Origin: Candidatus Hermodarchaeota archaeon
Lineage (GTDB): Archaea; Asgardarchaeota; Thorarchaeia; Thorarchaeales; Thorarchaeaceae
Reading direction: 5' to 3'
Assembly: GCA_048885865.1 (NCBI GenBank)
Contig: JBHLLF010000001.1
Span: 32,001-96,000, forward strand
DNA length: 64,000 bases
The notes under the pieces were generated by a model. It worked only from the letters and a program-made list of their open reading frames with translations, had not been told where the DNA came from and searched no databases. Of the stretch, positions 38,412 through 48,167 are shown piece after piece (the first letter of the stretch is position 1; the number at the start of each line of letters is the position of its first letter). A program made the translations under genes and the position numbers.

Positions 38412-38636
38412 CTATTCCCTAAATGATATACACCCATTAGGACACTCCTCAATGCAATCTCCACACTCTTTGCAGTACATGACATGGGCTACCTGTGGCT
38501 TCTCATCAAGTTTCTCGTAGACACCATATCGGCAAACTTTGACGCAGGTCCCACAACCATCACAGCATTTTTCGTCAATAACCGTAGGAATTGCATTCCA
38601 CCTGCAGAGTTTTGCTGAATCATTCTGCGAGTCCAT
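38412..38636 (-). CDS. 2x[4Fe-4S] ferredoxin
   Basis: CDGCGTCVKVC and CKECGDCIEECP. Confidence 0.88.
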   Translation of the reverse strand: MDSQNDSAKLCRWNAIPTVIDEKCCDGCGTCVKVCRYGVYEKLDEKPQVAHVMYCKECGDCIEECPNGCISFRE

Positions 38637-38765
38637 ATGAATGCTGGTTTAGTGACATATTGCCACGAACTTGTAGAATATCTTGGACTAGGTAGAACTA
38701 TTAGCCACATAAGCAAGTGACTCTAGGCCCTTGGCCCTAGCTATATCGGATGGAGAAGTGTCCCT

Positions 38766-40517
38766 ATGGCAGTCGAGAAAGAGGAAGCTACGTGGCAGAG
38801 CAAGATAATGGAGATTGTCAATGATGGCATAGTGGTCCTGATTGAAGAGGATGTTATGCTATCAAATGCTGCCTTCGCCGCTATGCTAAATTATGAAGCG
38901 GAGGAGTTAGTTGATGCATCTTTTGAAGCCCTCTTGCATCCATCCTCGAAACGTTTTGATCGCAATATGATAGATGCTTTGTATTCGGGCGATGAACTCA
39001 CTGCGTTCAACACAAGACTGCGGTCAAAGGAGGGGGACACAGTTCATGTTGAGATTCATCCAGTCAATGTTGTATACGAAGGCGAGGCTGCCGTCCTGGC
39101 CTGCATCCGAGACGTATCAAGAAGGATTGCACTTGAAACAGAAGTTATTGAACTTGAGCAGAGATTTGCATCATTGTATGATATGTCCCCTATTGCATAT
39201 TTCATGCTGAATCGCCAAGGCATTATTGAACAGATTAACCAAGCTGCTGAAGAGTTGCTTGGATGTGATGGTAGCGACATCCTAGGAAGAGCGCTTTCCG
39301 ATTTCCTGCCAGAAACTGAGTCAGATTATGACCCTGGACAAGAGCTGATTCGAGAAGTCCTAAGGGGCAAGAATGTAAGTGGCATTGAGATACAGATGGA
39401 GCGTCCTGATGAACGAGTTATTTGGGCTAACGTGTCATCGAGGTCTCTTACAGTGGGCGCAGAAAAGCCTGTAGAGATTGGACTCATGGCTTTCGATGTA
39501 ACACAGAGAAGAGCATCAGAATTGAGAATACTTGAGGAGAAGCAAAGAGCTGACCTCTATTTAGGAATCATGGCGAGCGATCTTAACAACATAAACACGA
39601 GTGCGCTTTATTCCCTGGAGTTTCTTAGTACGACCCTTGACCTCAGCGAGCATCATCAACAGGTCCTGAATGAAGTAGTATGGAATATTCGACGGGCGTC
39701 ACGAATGATTGCTAACATGAGAGCTATTGTTATGCTGAAGGAGTCTCCTCCCACAATAACAAAGACTGACCTATTCCCTCACTTCACCAGAGGTCTACGC
39801 GAAGCGGACAGGGACTTCGAGTCAAAGACACTGAAGGTCAACACCAATATCGAGGACGACGGTTTTTGGGTATCTGGACACGCTTGGCTTTGGAGCGTGT
39901 TCTTCGTCATTCTCCATAATGCCCTAATGTACAACGAGGGCAAAGAAGTCGAGCTTGAAGTCAATGCTGAACTCATCGAGATGGGTCAAAAAGTCCGGAT
40001 TGAATTTGCAGATAGAGGCCCGGGAATTTCTGATGATCTAAAGGAGAGTGTCTTTCGAAGAACTGGCAGCACTGAGGGCCATGCTCTCAGTAGCGGTCTT
40101 GGATTGACTGTCGTTAACCAGATGGTGACAGACTTGAAGGGCCAGGTATGGGTGGAGGACAGAGTGCCCGGCGATATGTCGCAAGGCAGCAAGTTCATCG
40201 TCATTCTTCCTGCCTGGAAGGAGGAATTGGTACTACCCTGCGGACGCGAATCATGCATCAGCTTCTACAAGAGTGATCATTGCGTCTTCTGTGGTCCCGC
40301 TTATGACAACATGATGAGAGTGCTTGATGAGCTTGGTGTCAACCGCTCAATGGTTCAAGTCTTGAATGTTGATGATCCAGAGTCAGGAGTGACGGAAGCA
40401 GATCTCATTGCTCTACCTACGATTCGTATATGCGAATCGGAACGAGAGGGATACGTGGAAGAGGATGATATCAGGACGCTCGTCTTGGAGATGATAATGA
40501 GGGGCTGCTTCTCCTGA
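38766..40517 (+). CDS. PAS-PAS histidine-kinase-like protein lacking the phospho-His, with a C-terminal thioredoxin-like domain
   Basis: Two PAS domains; H-box reads MASDLNN; N, G1 and G2 boxes present; C-terminal CVFC...IALPTI. Confidence 0.85.
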   Translation: MAVEKEEATWQSKIMEIVNDGIVVLIEEDVMLSNAAFAAMLNYEAEELVDASFEALLHPSSKRFDRNMIDALYSGDELTAFNTRLRSKEGDTVHVEIHPVNVVYEGEAAVLACIRDVSRRIALETEVIELEQRFASLYDMSPIAYFMLNRQGIIEQINQAAEELLGCDGSDILGRALSDFLPETESDYDPGQELIREVLRGKNVSGIEIQMERPDERVIWANVSSRSLTVGAEKPVEIGLMAFDVTQRRASELRILEEKQRADLYLGIMASDLNNINTSALYSLEFLSTTLDLSEHHQQVLNEVVWNIRRASRMIANMRAIVMLKESPPTITKTDLFPHFTRGLREADRDFESKTLKVNTNIEDDGFWVSGHAWLWSVFFVILHNALMYNEGKEVELEVNAELIEMGQKVRIEFADRGPGISDDLKESVFRRTGSTEGHALSSGLGLTVVNQMVTDLKGQVWVEDRVPGDMSQGSKFIVILPAWKEELVLPCGRESCISFYKSDHCVFCGPAYDNMMRVLDELGVNRSMVQVLNVDDPESGVTEADLIALPTIRICESEREGYVEEDDIRTLVLEMIMRGCFS

Positions 40518-40526
40518 GTTGTCAGA

Positions 40527-41789
40527 CTAGTCTGATATCAAAATCTCTGGTGTGGCATCCTTTATTGTCTTGCAGCCAGTCATGATCATCGCTCTCCTCA
40601 AGTCTCCCTTTACGTAGTTGTAGTACATATTGACTGCATCAGCTCCGCCGGCCAGAGACATCCTCAATAGTGGTCTACCAACGTGTGCTGTATCAGCGCC
40701 TAAGGCAATAACCTTCAGAACATCAAACCCTGTCCTTATTGCACCGTCAACCATGATTGTGAGCTTTCCCTTAAGTTCAGCAGCGACAGCTGGCAGAATC
40801 TCAAGAACACCTTGTCCATTATCAAGCACACGTCCACCATGATTCGATAGGTAAACACCAGCAGCTCCGGAGTCCGCCACTGCGAGTGCATCTTCAAGGG
40901 TCATTATTCCCTTGAAGAACACAGGTTTGCCGGTATAATCAACAAGCTCTTTCAGCTCATTGGGGCTCTTGCTATAGACGGGCTTACCTTTAGCAGCCCA
41001 TATTGCGGACCCACAACCATCAAGGTCCACCCCTATTGCAATTGCATCATACTCCTCCGCGAGGCTGAATAGCTCAAGGAGTCTTGATTGAGACTGAGGC
41101 TTGAATACAGCTATTCCCCAACCGTCATTCTCCTTAACCACGTCAATTCCTAAGTGATCTGGCACTGCAGCTGTGTTTCCAACAAGCCCTATGGTGCCAA
41201 ACTGTTGTGCGCCACGCAAGAGACCACGATAGAAGTCTGCTTCTGGTATCGCGTCGTTCATACTTGCCTTAACACCAGACATGCTGCATCCCAGAACAGG
41301 AGCGGTAATTTCCTTTCCAAAGACCTTACTCTTCATCTCGGGTTCATAGTGTTCCTTCACGACCCTCTGTTTCAACTTGTATTTATGGAGGGCCAGGTAA
41401 TTTGCGTGAAACGTGTTTCCTTGTCCTGCGCCGCCAACCCCCAATGGCTTGCCATACTTCTGTCCTGCACATACTCTATCTCTTGCTCCATCGCAGACTG
41501 GATGAACTCCACATAATCCAGTGAGCATCTCTCTAGCAATCGCACGATAGTAGGCAAGATCCTTCTTATCTGACTCTGGACCATCTTTTCTCTTGTGTCG
41601 TTGCTTCTTCTCTAGGAACACTTCTTCAGCTATTTCCTGCAGGTATTCTTTCGGCTGCTTGCATATTGGGCATCGCCAATCATCATGAATGTCAGCTAGA
41701 GTGGTTCCTGGTGCCAGACCTGATTCCGGATCCCCAGCCTGTTCGTCGTAGACATAGGCATTGCAGTAAGTGCATATGAAATACAACAT
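40527..41789 (-). CDS. Rubredoxin fused to an FMN-dependent alpha-hydroxy-acid dehydrogenase
   Basis: CTYC...WRCPIC rubredoxin; KGIM, SNHGGR, DGAIRTG, GRP. Confidence 0.88.
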   Translation of the reverse strand: MLYFICTYCNAYVYDEQAGDPESGLAPGTTLADIHDDWRCPICKQPKEYLQEIAEEVFLEKKQRHKRKDGPESDKKDLAYYRAIAREMLTGLCGVHPVCDGARDRVCAGQKYGKPLGVGGAGQGNTFHANYLALHKYKLKQRVVKEHYEPEMKSKVFGKEITAPVLGCSMSGVKASMNDAIPEADFYRGLLRGAQQFGTIGLVGNTAAVPDHLGIDVVKENDGWGIAVFKPQSQSRLLELFSLAEEYDAIAIGVDLDGCGSAIWAAKGKPVYSKSPNELKELVDYTGKPVFFKGIMTLEDALAVADSGAAGVYLSNHGGRVLDNGQGVLEILPAVAAELKGKLTIMVDGAIRTGFDVLKVIALGADTAHVGRPLLRMSLAGGADAVNMYYNYVKGDLRRAMIMTGCKTIKDATPEILISD

Positions 41790-41880
41790 TCTACCTCCAC
41801 ATGGTCCAATAGGTTGGAAAAGTGAGATTATGCCTGTGTTACTAAGTGTTCCTAATGAGGTTGAAATCACTGGCTATGGT

Positions 41881-42195
41881 TCATGTCCAACTTCCAAACT
41901 CAAATGGGATTCCCTTTAATTTCATCAGTTCCATAAACTCAGAGACAATCCTGGAATTTCCGCTATACAGTTTCTCAATCAAGGCAAGAAGCACTCTGTC
42001 CTTTTGGTCTTCAGGGACGACCACCCAATACTCATAGTCAGAGTCGCCAAAATGCTCCATTGGCAGTTCTCCGATGTCCTGACCGGATATGACGAATCTG
42101 CCCTCTCCATCGATTTCAGCATCTATGAATACAGATGTGTTGCCTCGATATTCGACAAGTTTGACTTTCAGGGATTCATCTTTCAATTGAAGCAC
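41881..42195 (-). CDS. Hypothetical protein
   Basis: 104-aa ORF with protein-like composition (GDSDYEYW). Confidence 0.65.
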   Translation of the reverse strand: MLQLKDESLKVKLVEYRGNTSVFIDAEIDGEGRFVISGQDIGELPMEHFGDSDYEYWVVVPEDQKDRVLLALIEKLYSGNSRIVSEFMELMKLKGIPFEFGSWT

Positions 42196-42249
42196 CTATC
42201 CTATGCATTCCCTTGAATAGGATGAGAGGGGCGGACCCCTCTCATAAAT

Positions 42250-43587
42250 TCACATTCCTGGTCTCATATCATCTTCGAGATGAACCTTTACTTCGCCCAT
42301 CACAGGTTGCCTTACCTTTACCAGGATTAGGAGTGCTATGACAAAAACTCCTAGGATGCTGAGCATTGCTACTCTATGTGCCATTGCCTCTCCAAGATTT
42401 GCAGCAAGAGCCAAGACTGTTGCATAAACAAACGGGCCAACAATTGCTGCAAACTTCCCGCTTAGTGCGTAGATGCCGAACATTTCCGTCTTCTTCTCTT
42501 CAGGGATGAACTGACCATACATGCTCCTTGCAGTACTCTGTGAGGAGCCCATCCCGATGCCAGCTATCATTCCTACCGTCCACCAGATAATCTGAGCCTC
42601 GCCAAAGAATGCGATAAGCAAAGCAACTATCCAGATTCCAAGAGTAATCATCAATGTCTTCTTGGTGCCAATTGAGTCTGCAATATAACCAAAGATGAAA
42701 GCCCCTGGAATTGCAGCCAGCTGTGTCACTGCGAAGAATATCAGTATGAGTTCAGTGCTAAAGCCATATACAGCTGCACCAAATATCGCGGCATAGTAGA
42801 TTACGGTACTAATCGCATCAGAGAATAAGAAGTAAGAGGCCAAGAATCTTGGCAATCCTTCATAGTCACTGATCTTGCTAAATGTATTCCTTACACGTCT
42901 GAAACCGATTACTGCGATGTTAACTCCTTCTTCGTCGGGGAACTGGCTTGGAGGTCGTTCCTTCAGCCCGATAATACTTGGAATGGCAAACACAAGAAAG
43001 AATATCGCTGCGAATAGGAATGGCAAGGTCGGATAGTCAGGTAGCATGACGTAGCTCACAAGTGCTATAATGATAGTCAGCATTGCGCCCACATAGCCTG
43101 CAGCATATCCTATGCCGCTGATTCTTCCAACATTCTCCTCAGTACTGATTTCAGGAAGCCAAGCGTTGTAGAATGGCAAAGCTCCCTCAAATCCTATGTT
43201 CGCGATAACGAAGAGGATGAATGCCCACATCCACATTTCTACACCGAGAAATGTAGGCATATCATCTCGTAGGAAGAACATCAGCGAAGTGAAGACGATT
43301 GACAAAGCGGTATAGAATGTCAGGAACTTCTTCTTTGCACCAGTATAGTCAGCCATGGCCCCAAGGACCGGGGATGTAATTGCAATTATTAGCATCGTGA
43401 TGCTCCCTGCATATCCCCAAAGTGTGTCTCCTACTAGAGGATCTCCCACTAGCGTTCTGAAGTATAGTGGGAACAACGCGGTAACGATGAGCACTGTGAA
43501 GCTCGTGTTGGCAAAATCAAACAAGTACCAAGCGACTTTCTCTCTTCTGTCAGTTGGTACTCTTCCGGTCGATTGCTGTTCGCCCAT
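42250..43587 (-). CDS. MFS transporter (UMF1/Atg22-like)
   Basis: WYLFDFANTSF, YNAWLP, GRISG, SSQSTARS. Confidence 0.9.
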   Translation of the reverse strand: MGEQQSTGRVPTDRREKVAWYLFDFANTSFTVLIVTALFPLYFRTLVGDPLVGDTLWGYAGSITMLIIAITSPVLGAMADYTGAKKKFLTFYTALSIVFTSLMFFLRDDMPTFLGVEMWMWAFILFVIANIGFEGALPFYNAWLPEISTEENVGRISGIGYAAGYVGAMLTIIIALVSYVMLPDYPTLPFLFAAIFFLVFAIPSIIGLKERPPSQFPDEEGVNIAVIGFRRVRNTFSKISDYEGLPRFLASYFLFSDAISTVIYYAAIFGAAVYGFSTELILIFFAVTQLAAIPGAFIFGYIADSIGTKKTLMITLGIWIVALLIAFFGEAQIIWWTVGMIAGIGMGSSQSTARSMYGQFIPEEKKTEMFGIYALSGKFAAIVGPFVYATVLALAANLGEAMAHRVAMLSILGVFVIALLILVKVRQPVMGEVKVHLEDDMRPGM

Positions 43588-43720
43588 TACATTACTCTCT
43601 CCATGAATCATTATGATTTGAAACAACTCATGCCTTCATATCAGACATAAGTTTCTGCCGGAGCTGCTCACAGAAACTTGAACCGGAAGAGTAAACCATG
43701 AATTCTGCCTAGGTCAAATC

Positions 43721-44113
43721 ATGCACGAAGCAGAGGCACTGAAATTCTGTGAGAGGTGGCTCGCAGCTTGGACTGGCAATCAGCCTGAGATGCTTGTAGG
43801 GTTCTACGCGAAACATGCATTTTATCGCGATCCTGCAAAACCGCATGGTATCAAGGGTCATGACCAGTTGCTACCTTATTTCCAGAGATTGCTTGAGAGA
43901 AACCCTGATTGGGTATGGACTACTTCGAAGGTGTTCCCAACCAAAGACGGTTTCATTCTGAAATGGAAAGCTGAGATACCAGTTGGCTCAAGTGTGCTGA
44001 TCGAAGAAGGCATGGATATTGTCGAAGTCATGTTTGACAAGATAGTTCACAATGAAGTATTCTTTGACCGATCGAATTGGCTGGAAGCATTGAGAGAAGA
44101 CAAATGGTTCTGA
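43721..44113 (+). CDS. SnoaL/NTF2-like protein
   Basis: WLAAW...FY...YRDP...G...EVFFD. Confidence 0.8.
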   Translation: MHEAEALKFCERWLAAWTGNQPEMLVGFYAKHAFYRDPAKPHGIKGHDQLLPYFQRLLERNPDWVWTTSKVFPTKDGFILKWKAEIPVGSSVLIEEGMDIVEVMFDKIVHNEVFFDRSNWLEALREDKWF

Positions 44114-44854
44114 TTATGCAGATAGAGCCTGAAACCAATTCGCAATGATACCGTTGAATCTCTCCCATTGCTCCAGCATGACACTATGCCCCGCCTTGGG
44201 TACCACATGCATCTCCGACCCTTCAATCCTGTCAGCCATGTATTGAGAGTATTTCACTGGAGTTAATGCGTCACTCTCACCTACAATTATCAAAGTGGGA
44301 AGCCTGATATCATTCACTCTTTCCATTATGTCAAATTCATCACACAATTTGTAGTCCCTGTGCGTTATGGATGCTGGACACTTTCTGACTTCGGCCCTAG
44401 AGGCTTCTCTAAGGTCTTCATCCGCATCGCCGTGGAACATGATCTCGCCAACAGCATTCACATAGCCCTCAAAGTCGTTCAGGAGCATATTTAGAATCAT
44501 TGGATTCACTCTGAGTCGTGAACCAGTACCAACAAGTATGATACCTTTTAGCCTATCGGGATTATTGAGAGCATAGAGCTGAGTCAATGCTCCTCCCATG
44601 GAATGCCCACATAGAATTGGATATTCAAATTGGGAAACTACTGAATCAATGTCATCGAGATAGGGGTCAGAGGGATCGGCTTCCATCCGGTCTGGTGTTT
44701 TTCCATGACCGTTGAGATCAAGGCCAATCATATGGAGTCGATCCGAGAGGTGCTTGATCTGCATGTACCATGTTGCTGAAGAGCCACCTGCTCCATGGAC
44801 CATGATAATCGGGCCTGGATTTCCCTTTCCCCGTTCTTCAATGTGGACACTCAT
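44114..44854 (-). CDS. Alpha/beta hydrolase
   Basis: HGAGG, DLNGHG, GHSMGG, D..TP, AGH. Confidence 0.9.
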   Translation of the reverse strand: MSVHIEERGKGNPGPIIMVHGAGGSSATWYMQIKHLSDRLHMIGLDLNGHGKTPDRMEADPSDPYLDDIDSVVSQFEYPILCGHSMGGALTQLYALNNPDRLKGIILVGTGSRLRVNPMILNMLLNDFEGYVNAVGEIMFHGDADEDLREASRAEVRKCPASITHRDYKLCDEFDIMERVNDIRLPTLIIVGESDALTPVKYSQYMADRIEGSEMHVVPKAGHSVMLEQWERFNGIIANWFQALSA

Positions 44855-45017
44855 AATCGTTTTAATGCCTGCTCGTCCTTTGAACCTTGTGAATTTCTGC
44901 AAGAGTTTAAAAGAAGAAGTTTCGCGGTGTGCCTCGTGAGTTTTGTTATGGACATGCTCGATGACGCCCTTTCATAACTATGCTGCCTTCTAGGCCATAG
45001 TAGGAACTTTGGATTAA

Positions 45018-45212
45018 TTGCCACACAAGAAGGGCCGTCGAGGCCAGAAGAAGACCCGCGTTCGTGAGGCTGGTGGTCTTCGCTATCCCCATAAGATGGA
45101 GCGCTGCACTGTCCGTGCGGCTCCCAACTGCAAGGGATGGGCGAATAGCAACACCATGCCCTCCCCGGGTGTCTGCAAGCGCTGTTGGCAGACAATGAAT
45201 TCCAAGAAATAG
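45018..45212 (+). CDS. Small basic Cys-containing protein (ribosomal-protein-like)
   Basis: K/R-rich N-terminus, C-x7-C...CKRC, and its own terminator hairpin. Confidence 0.65.
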   Translation: MPHKKGRRGQKKTRVREAGGLRYPHKMERCTVRAAPNCKGWANSNTMPSPGVCKRCWQTMNSKK

Positions 45213-45239
45213 GGGGTCTATGCCCCCTTCTCGATTTTT
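45211..45239 (+). terminator. Terminator
   Basis: aggggg-N6-ccccct hairpin followed by a T-run. Confidence 0.6.
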
Positions 45240-45363
45240 CCGTCTAACAACGGTTCGACTGATGCCGATTCGGAGACAAGAGGTTTTTTAATGGGTATGC
45301 GGACAATCAAACTAGTCAAGAGTACTAGTCACTCAAGACTTTCTTGGTGTTATAACACTAGGA

Positions 45364-46434
45364 GTGAAGAGAATGAGCTCAAGTAATAAAGGCATTATAG
45401 CCATTATCGTCATCGTGATTATTGGCGTTGGCGCTGTTGCAACCTACATGTTTCTAAACCCGCCGGTGCTACCTGATAATCCCGACGAGATAGCTATCGT
45501 GTTTGCCACAGGTGGTCTTGGAGACAAGTCATTCAATGATGGCTGTTTCAAGGGAGCCACCGATGCAGCTGATGATTTAGGCATAAGCTTCACTTATGTC
45601 GAACCAACTGCGATAAGCGAATACGAGGGCTTCCATCGTGCGTACGCAGCACATGCAGACTATGCAGATCCTTATGACCTGATTATCGGCATTGGATTTG
45701 ACCAAGCTGATGCAATTCAGGCTGTTGCAGAAGACTACCCTGACCAGAAGTGGGCAATCGTCGATATGTGGGTCAACGACACTACATATCCGAATGTAGC
45801 ATCTCTGCTATTCAATGAACACGAGGGCTCCGCTCTAGTCGGTGCGATGGCAGGTCTAACAACTCAGACTGGCAAGGTGGGCTTTGTTGGTGGAATGGAT
45901 ATTCCGCTAATCAACAAGTTCGCTGCTGGCTACATCTTTGGTGCAAACTACACCTTCTATGATACGAACGGAACAGAGATTGACTTTGATATTGCATATA
46001 CAAATGACTGGGTTGATACAGCTGCGGGCCAGACTCTGGCTGATGGTATGTATTCAACCGGTTCCGACATCATCTTCGCTGCAGCTGGACGTTCTGGATT
46101 GGGTGTGTTTGACAGCGTTGCTGCAAACAATGCTACCTATGGTCCTCTATGGTGCATAGGAGTTGACTCTCCGCAGATGTATCTGGAACCAGGCCTCGTT
46201 TTGACTTCAATGCTGAAGAGAGTTGATGTGGCAGTCTACAACATCATTGATGATGTAGTTGGTGATACATTCACAACCTTCAACCTATTCACCCTCGCAA
46301 ACGGCGGAGTTGGCTATGAAGTCAATGCCACTCTATATGAGGTTGATGCAGCAATTCTTTCAGCGGTGGAAGATCTGAAAGCCGATATCATCGCCGGTAC
46401 TGTTACCGTACCTGATGCTATCTACTGGACCTAG
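45364..46434 (+). CDS. BMP-family ABC substrate-binding protein (nucleoside)
   Basis: GGLGDKSFND, EHEGSAL, AAAG, IGVDS, SMLKRVD. Confidence 0.92.
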   Translation: MKRMSSSNKGIIAIIVIVIIGVGAVATYMFLNPPVLPDNPDEIAIVFATGGLGDKSFNDGCFKGATDAADDLGISFTYVEPTAISEYEGFHRAYAAHADYADPYDLIIGIGFDQADAIQAVAEDYPDQKWAIVDMWVNDTTYPNVASLLFNEHEGSALVGAMAGLTTQTGKVGFVGGMDIPLINKFAAGYIFGANYTFYDTNGTEIDFDIAYTNDWVDTAAGQTLADGMYSTGSDIIFAAAGRSGLGVFDSVAANNATYGPLWCIGVDSPQMYLEPGLVLTSMLKRVDVAVYNIIDDVVGDTFTTFNLFTLANGGVGYEVNATLYEVDAAILSAVEDLKADIIAGTVTVPDAIYWT

Positions 46435-46559
46435 TATATAAGAAACAAAGGAGAGGCGAAAGCCTCTCTTCTCCCATTTTTTCTCATTCTCTCTTCTCAA
46501 GCCACTACTGTTAAGTAGGTCTTATCCCGTCAAATGAGGCAAAGCTGCCCATATTACCA

Positions 46560-48167
46560 ATGCAGGAGGTTATGACCATCTACGCAGTTGAGCTTGAAAA
46601 CATCTTCAAGACTTTCCCTGGCGGAGTTGAAGCAAACAAGGATATCACGCTCCGTATAAAAGAGGGCGAGGTGCATGGTTTGCTGGGTGAGAATGGAGCC
46701 GGGAAGTCGACTCTCATGAATATTCTCTACGGATTACTCAACCCCACATCGGGAACTATCAAGATACGTGGAGAAGAAGTAATCCTAAACTCGCCAACAG
46801 ATGCTATTATTCGAGGCGTTGGAATGGTTCACCAACACTTCAAACTGATTCCTCCATTAACAGTCACAGAAAATGTCATTCTTGGAATGGAGCCCGTTCT
46901 TCGGTCCGTACACGCTGGTGGTGCCCGATTCTCTGCATTACTCCGAAACACTCTTCCAATGAACATTAGCGGGGCAGCAAAGCGAATCAGAGATATTTCT
47001 GTAGAAAATGGCTTGGATATTGATCCTAATGCCAAGATAAGGGATATCTCAGTTGGTCTGCAGCAGCGCGTTGAAATCATCAAAACCCTATATCGGGAGG
47101 CCGAAATTCTAATCCTTGATGAACCTACTTCAGTTTTGACTCCTCATGAAGTAGATGAGCTGTTTGAAACTCTTGAGAAATTCAGGGAACAAGGAAAGAC
47201 GATTATTCTAATCACACACAAATTGAGGGAGCCTATGGCGCTATGCGATCGCATTTCGGTCCTTCGAGATGGTGAACTTGTAGGGACAGTAAACAAGGTT
47301 GATACTTCTCCTGAGGAGCTTGCGCAGATGATGGTTGGTCGACCTGTAGTGTTTAGAGTCGAAAAACCGCCGAACATTCCTGGAGAAGAAGTTCTCCGGG
47401 TTGAAGATTTGCGTGTAAATGACAATCGTGATTTGTTGGCTGTCAAAGGCATATCGTTCTCAGTCAAAGCCGGAGAGATATTTGGCATTGCCGGAGTTGA
47501 AGGGAATGGGCAGACTGAGCTTGTTGAAGCAATAACTGGCCTTCGGAAAGCAATAGGCGGAAAGGTCCTTGTCAGCGGGAACGAAATTACGGGGTCAAGT
47601 CCCCGGAAGGTTAGGGAATCTGGTGTGAGTCATATTCCTGAAGACCGCCACGCTCGGGGTCTCATTCTTCCTTTCACTGTGGTAGAGAATTTGGTATTGG
47701 GAAGTCACTATTTCCCTCCACACTCAACCGGACCCGGAGATTCATTGCTCGATCAAGATGAAAGTGAAATAGCTTCGGACAGACTTGTTAAGGAGTATTC
47801 AATCAAGATTAGAGATTTGAGAAGCAAGGCTAGTACGCTATCAGGCGGGAATCAACAGAAGGTAGTAGTGGCTCGTGAACTTGCTACATCTCCCAAGTTA
47901 GTGGTGGCCGCTCAGCCAACTCGAGGCCTAGACGTAGGTGCCACTGAATATATTCATAGAGTTTTGATACGAATGAGAAATGACGGAGTCGCAGTCTTAT
48001 TGGTATCCGCAGAGCTTGATGAGATCAGAATGTTGGCTGACAGAATCGGGGTGATTTATGAAGGCAAGCTTGTAGCACTGAAAGATCCGGACCAGACAGA
48101 TGCGCGAGAACTTGGCTTGCTTATGGCAGGACATGGCTCGGAAAATGCACAGGAGGCTGCTAACTGA
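46560..48167 (+). CDS. Nucleoside ABC transporter ATPase (two ABC domains)
   Basis: GENGAGKST, DEPT, LSGGNQQK, QPTRGLD. Confidence 0.95.
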   Translation: MQEVMTIYAVELENIFKTFPGGVEANKDITLRIKEGEVHGLLGENGAGKSTLMNILYGLLNPTSGTIKIRGEEVILNSPTDAIIRGVGMVHQHFKLIPPLTVTENVILGMEPVLRSVHAGGARFSALLRNTLPMNISGAAKRIRDISVENGLDIDPNAKIRDISVGLQQRVEIIKTLYREAEILILDEPTSVLTPHEVDELFETLEKFREQGKTIILITHKLREPMALCDRISVLRDGELVGTVNKVDTSPEELAQMMVGRPVVFRVEKPPNIPGEEVLRVEDLRVNDNRDLLAVKGISFSVKAGEIFGIAGVEGNGQTELVEAITGLRKAIGGKVLVSGNEITGSSPRKVRESGVSHIPEDRHARGLILPFTVVENLVLGSHYFPPHSTGPGDSLLDQDESEIASDRLVKEYSIKIRDLRSKASTLSGGNQQKVVVARELATSPKLVVAAQPTRGLDVGATEYIHRVLIRMRNDGVAVLLVSAELDEIRMLADRIGVIYEGKLVALKDPDQTDARELGLLMAGHGSENAQEAAN

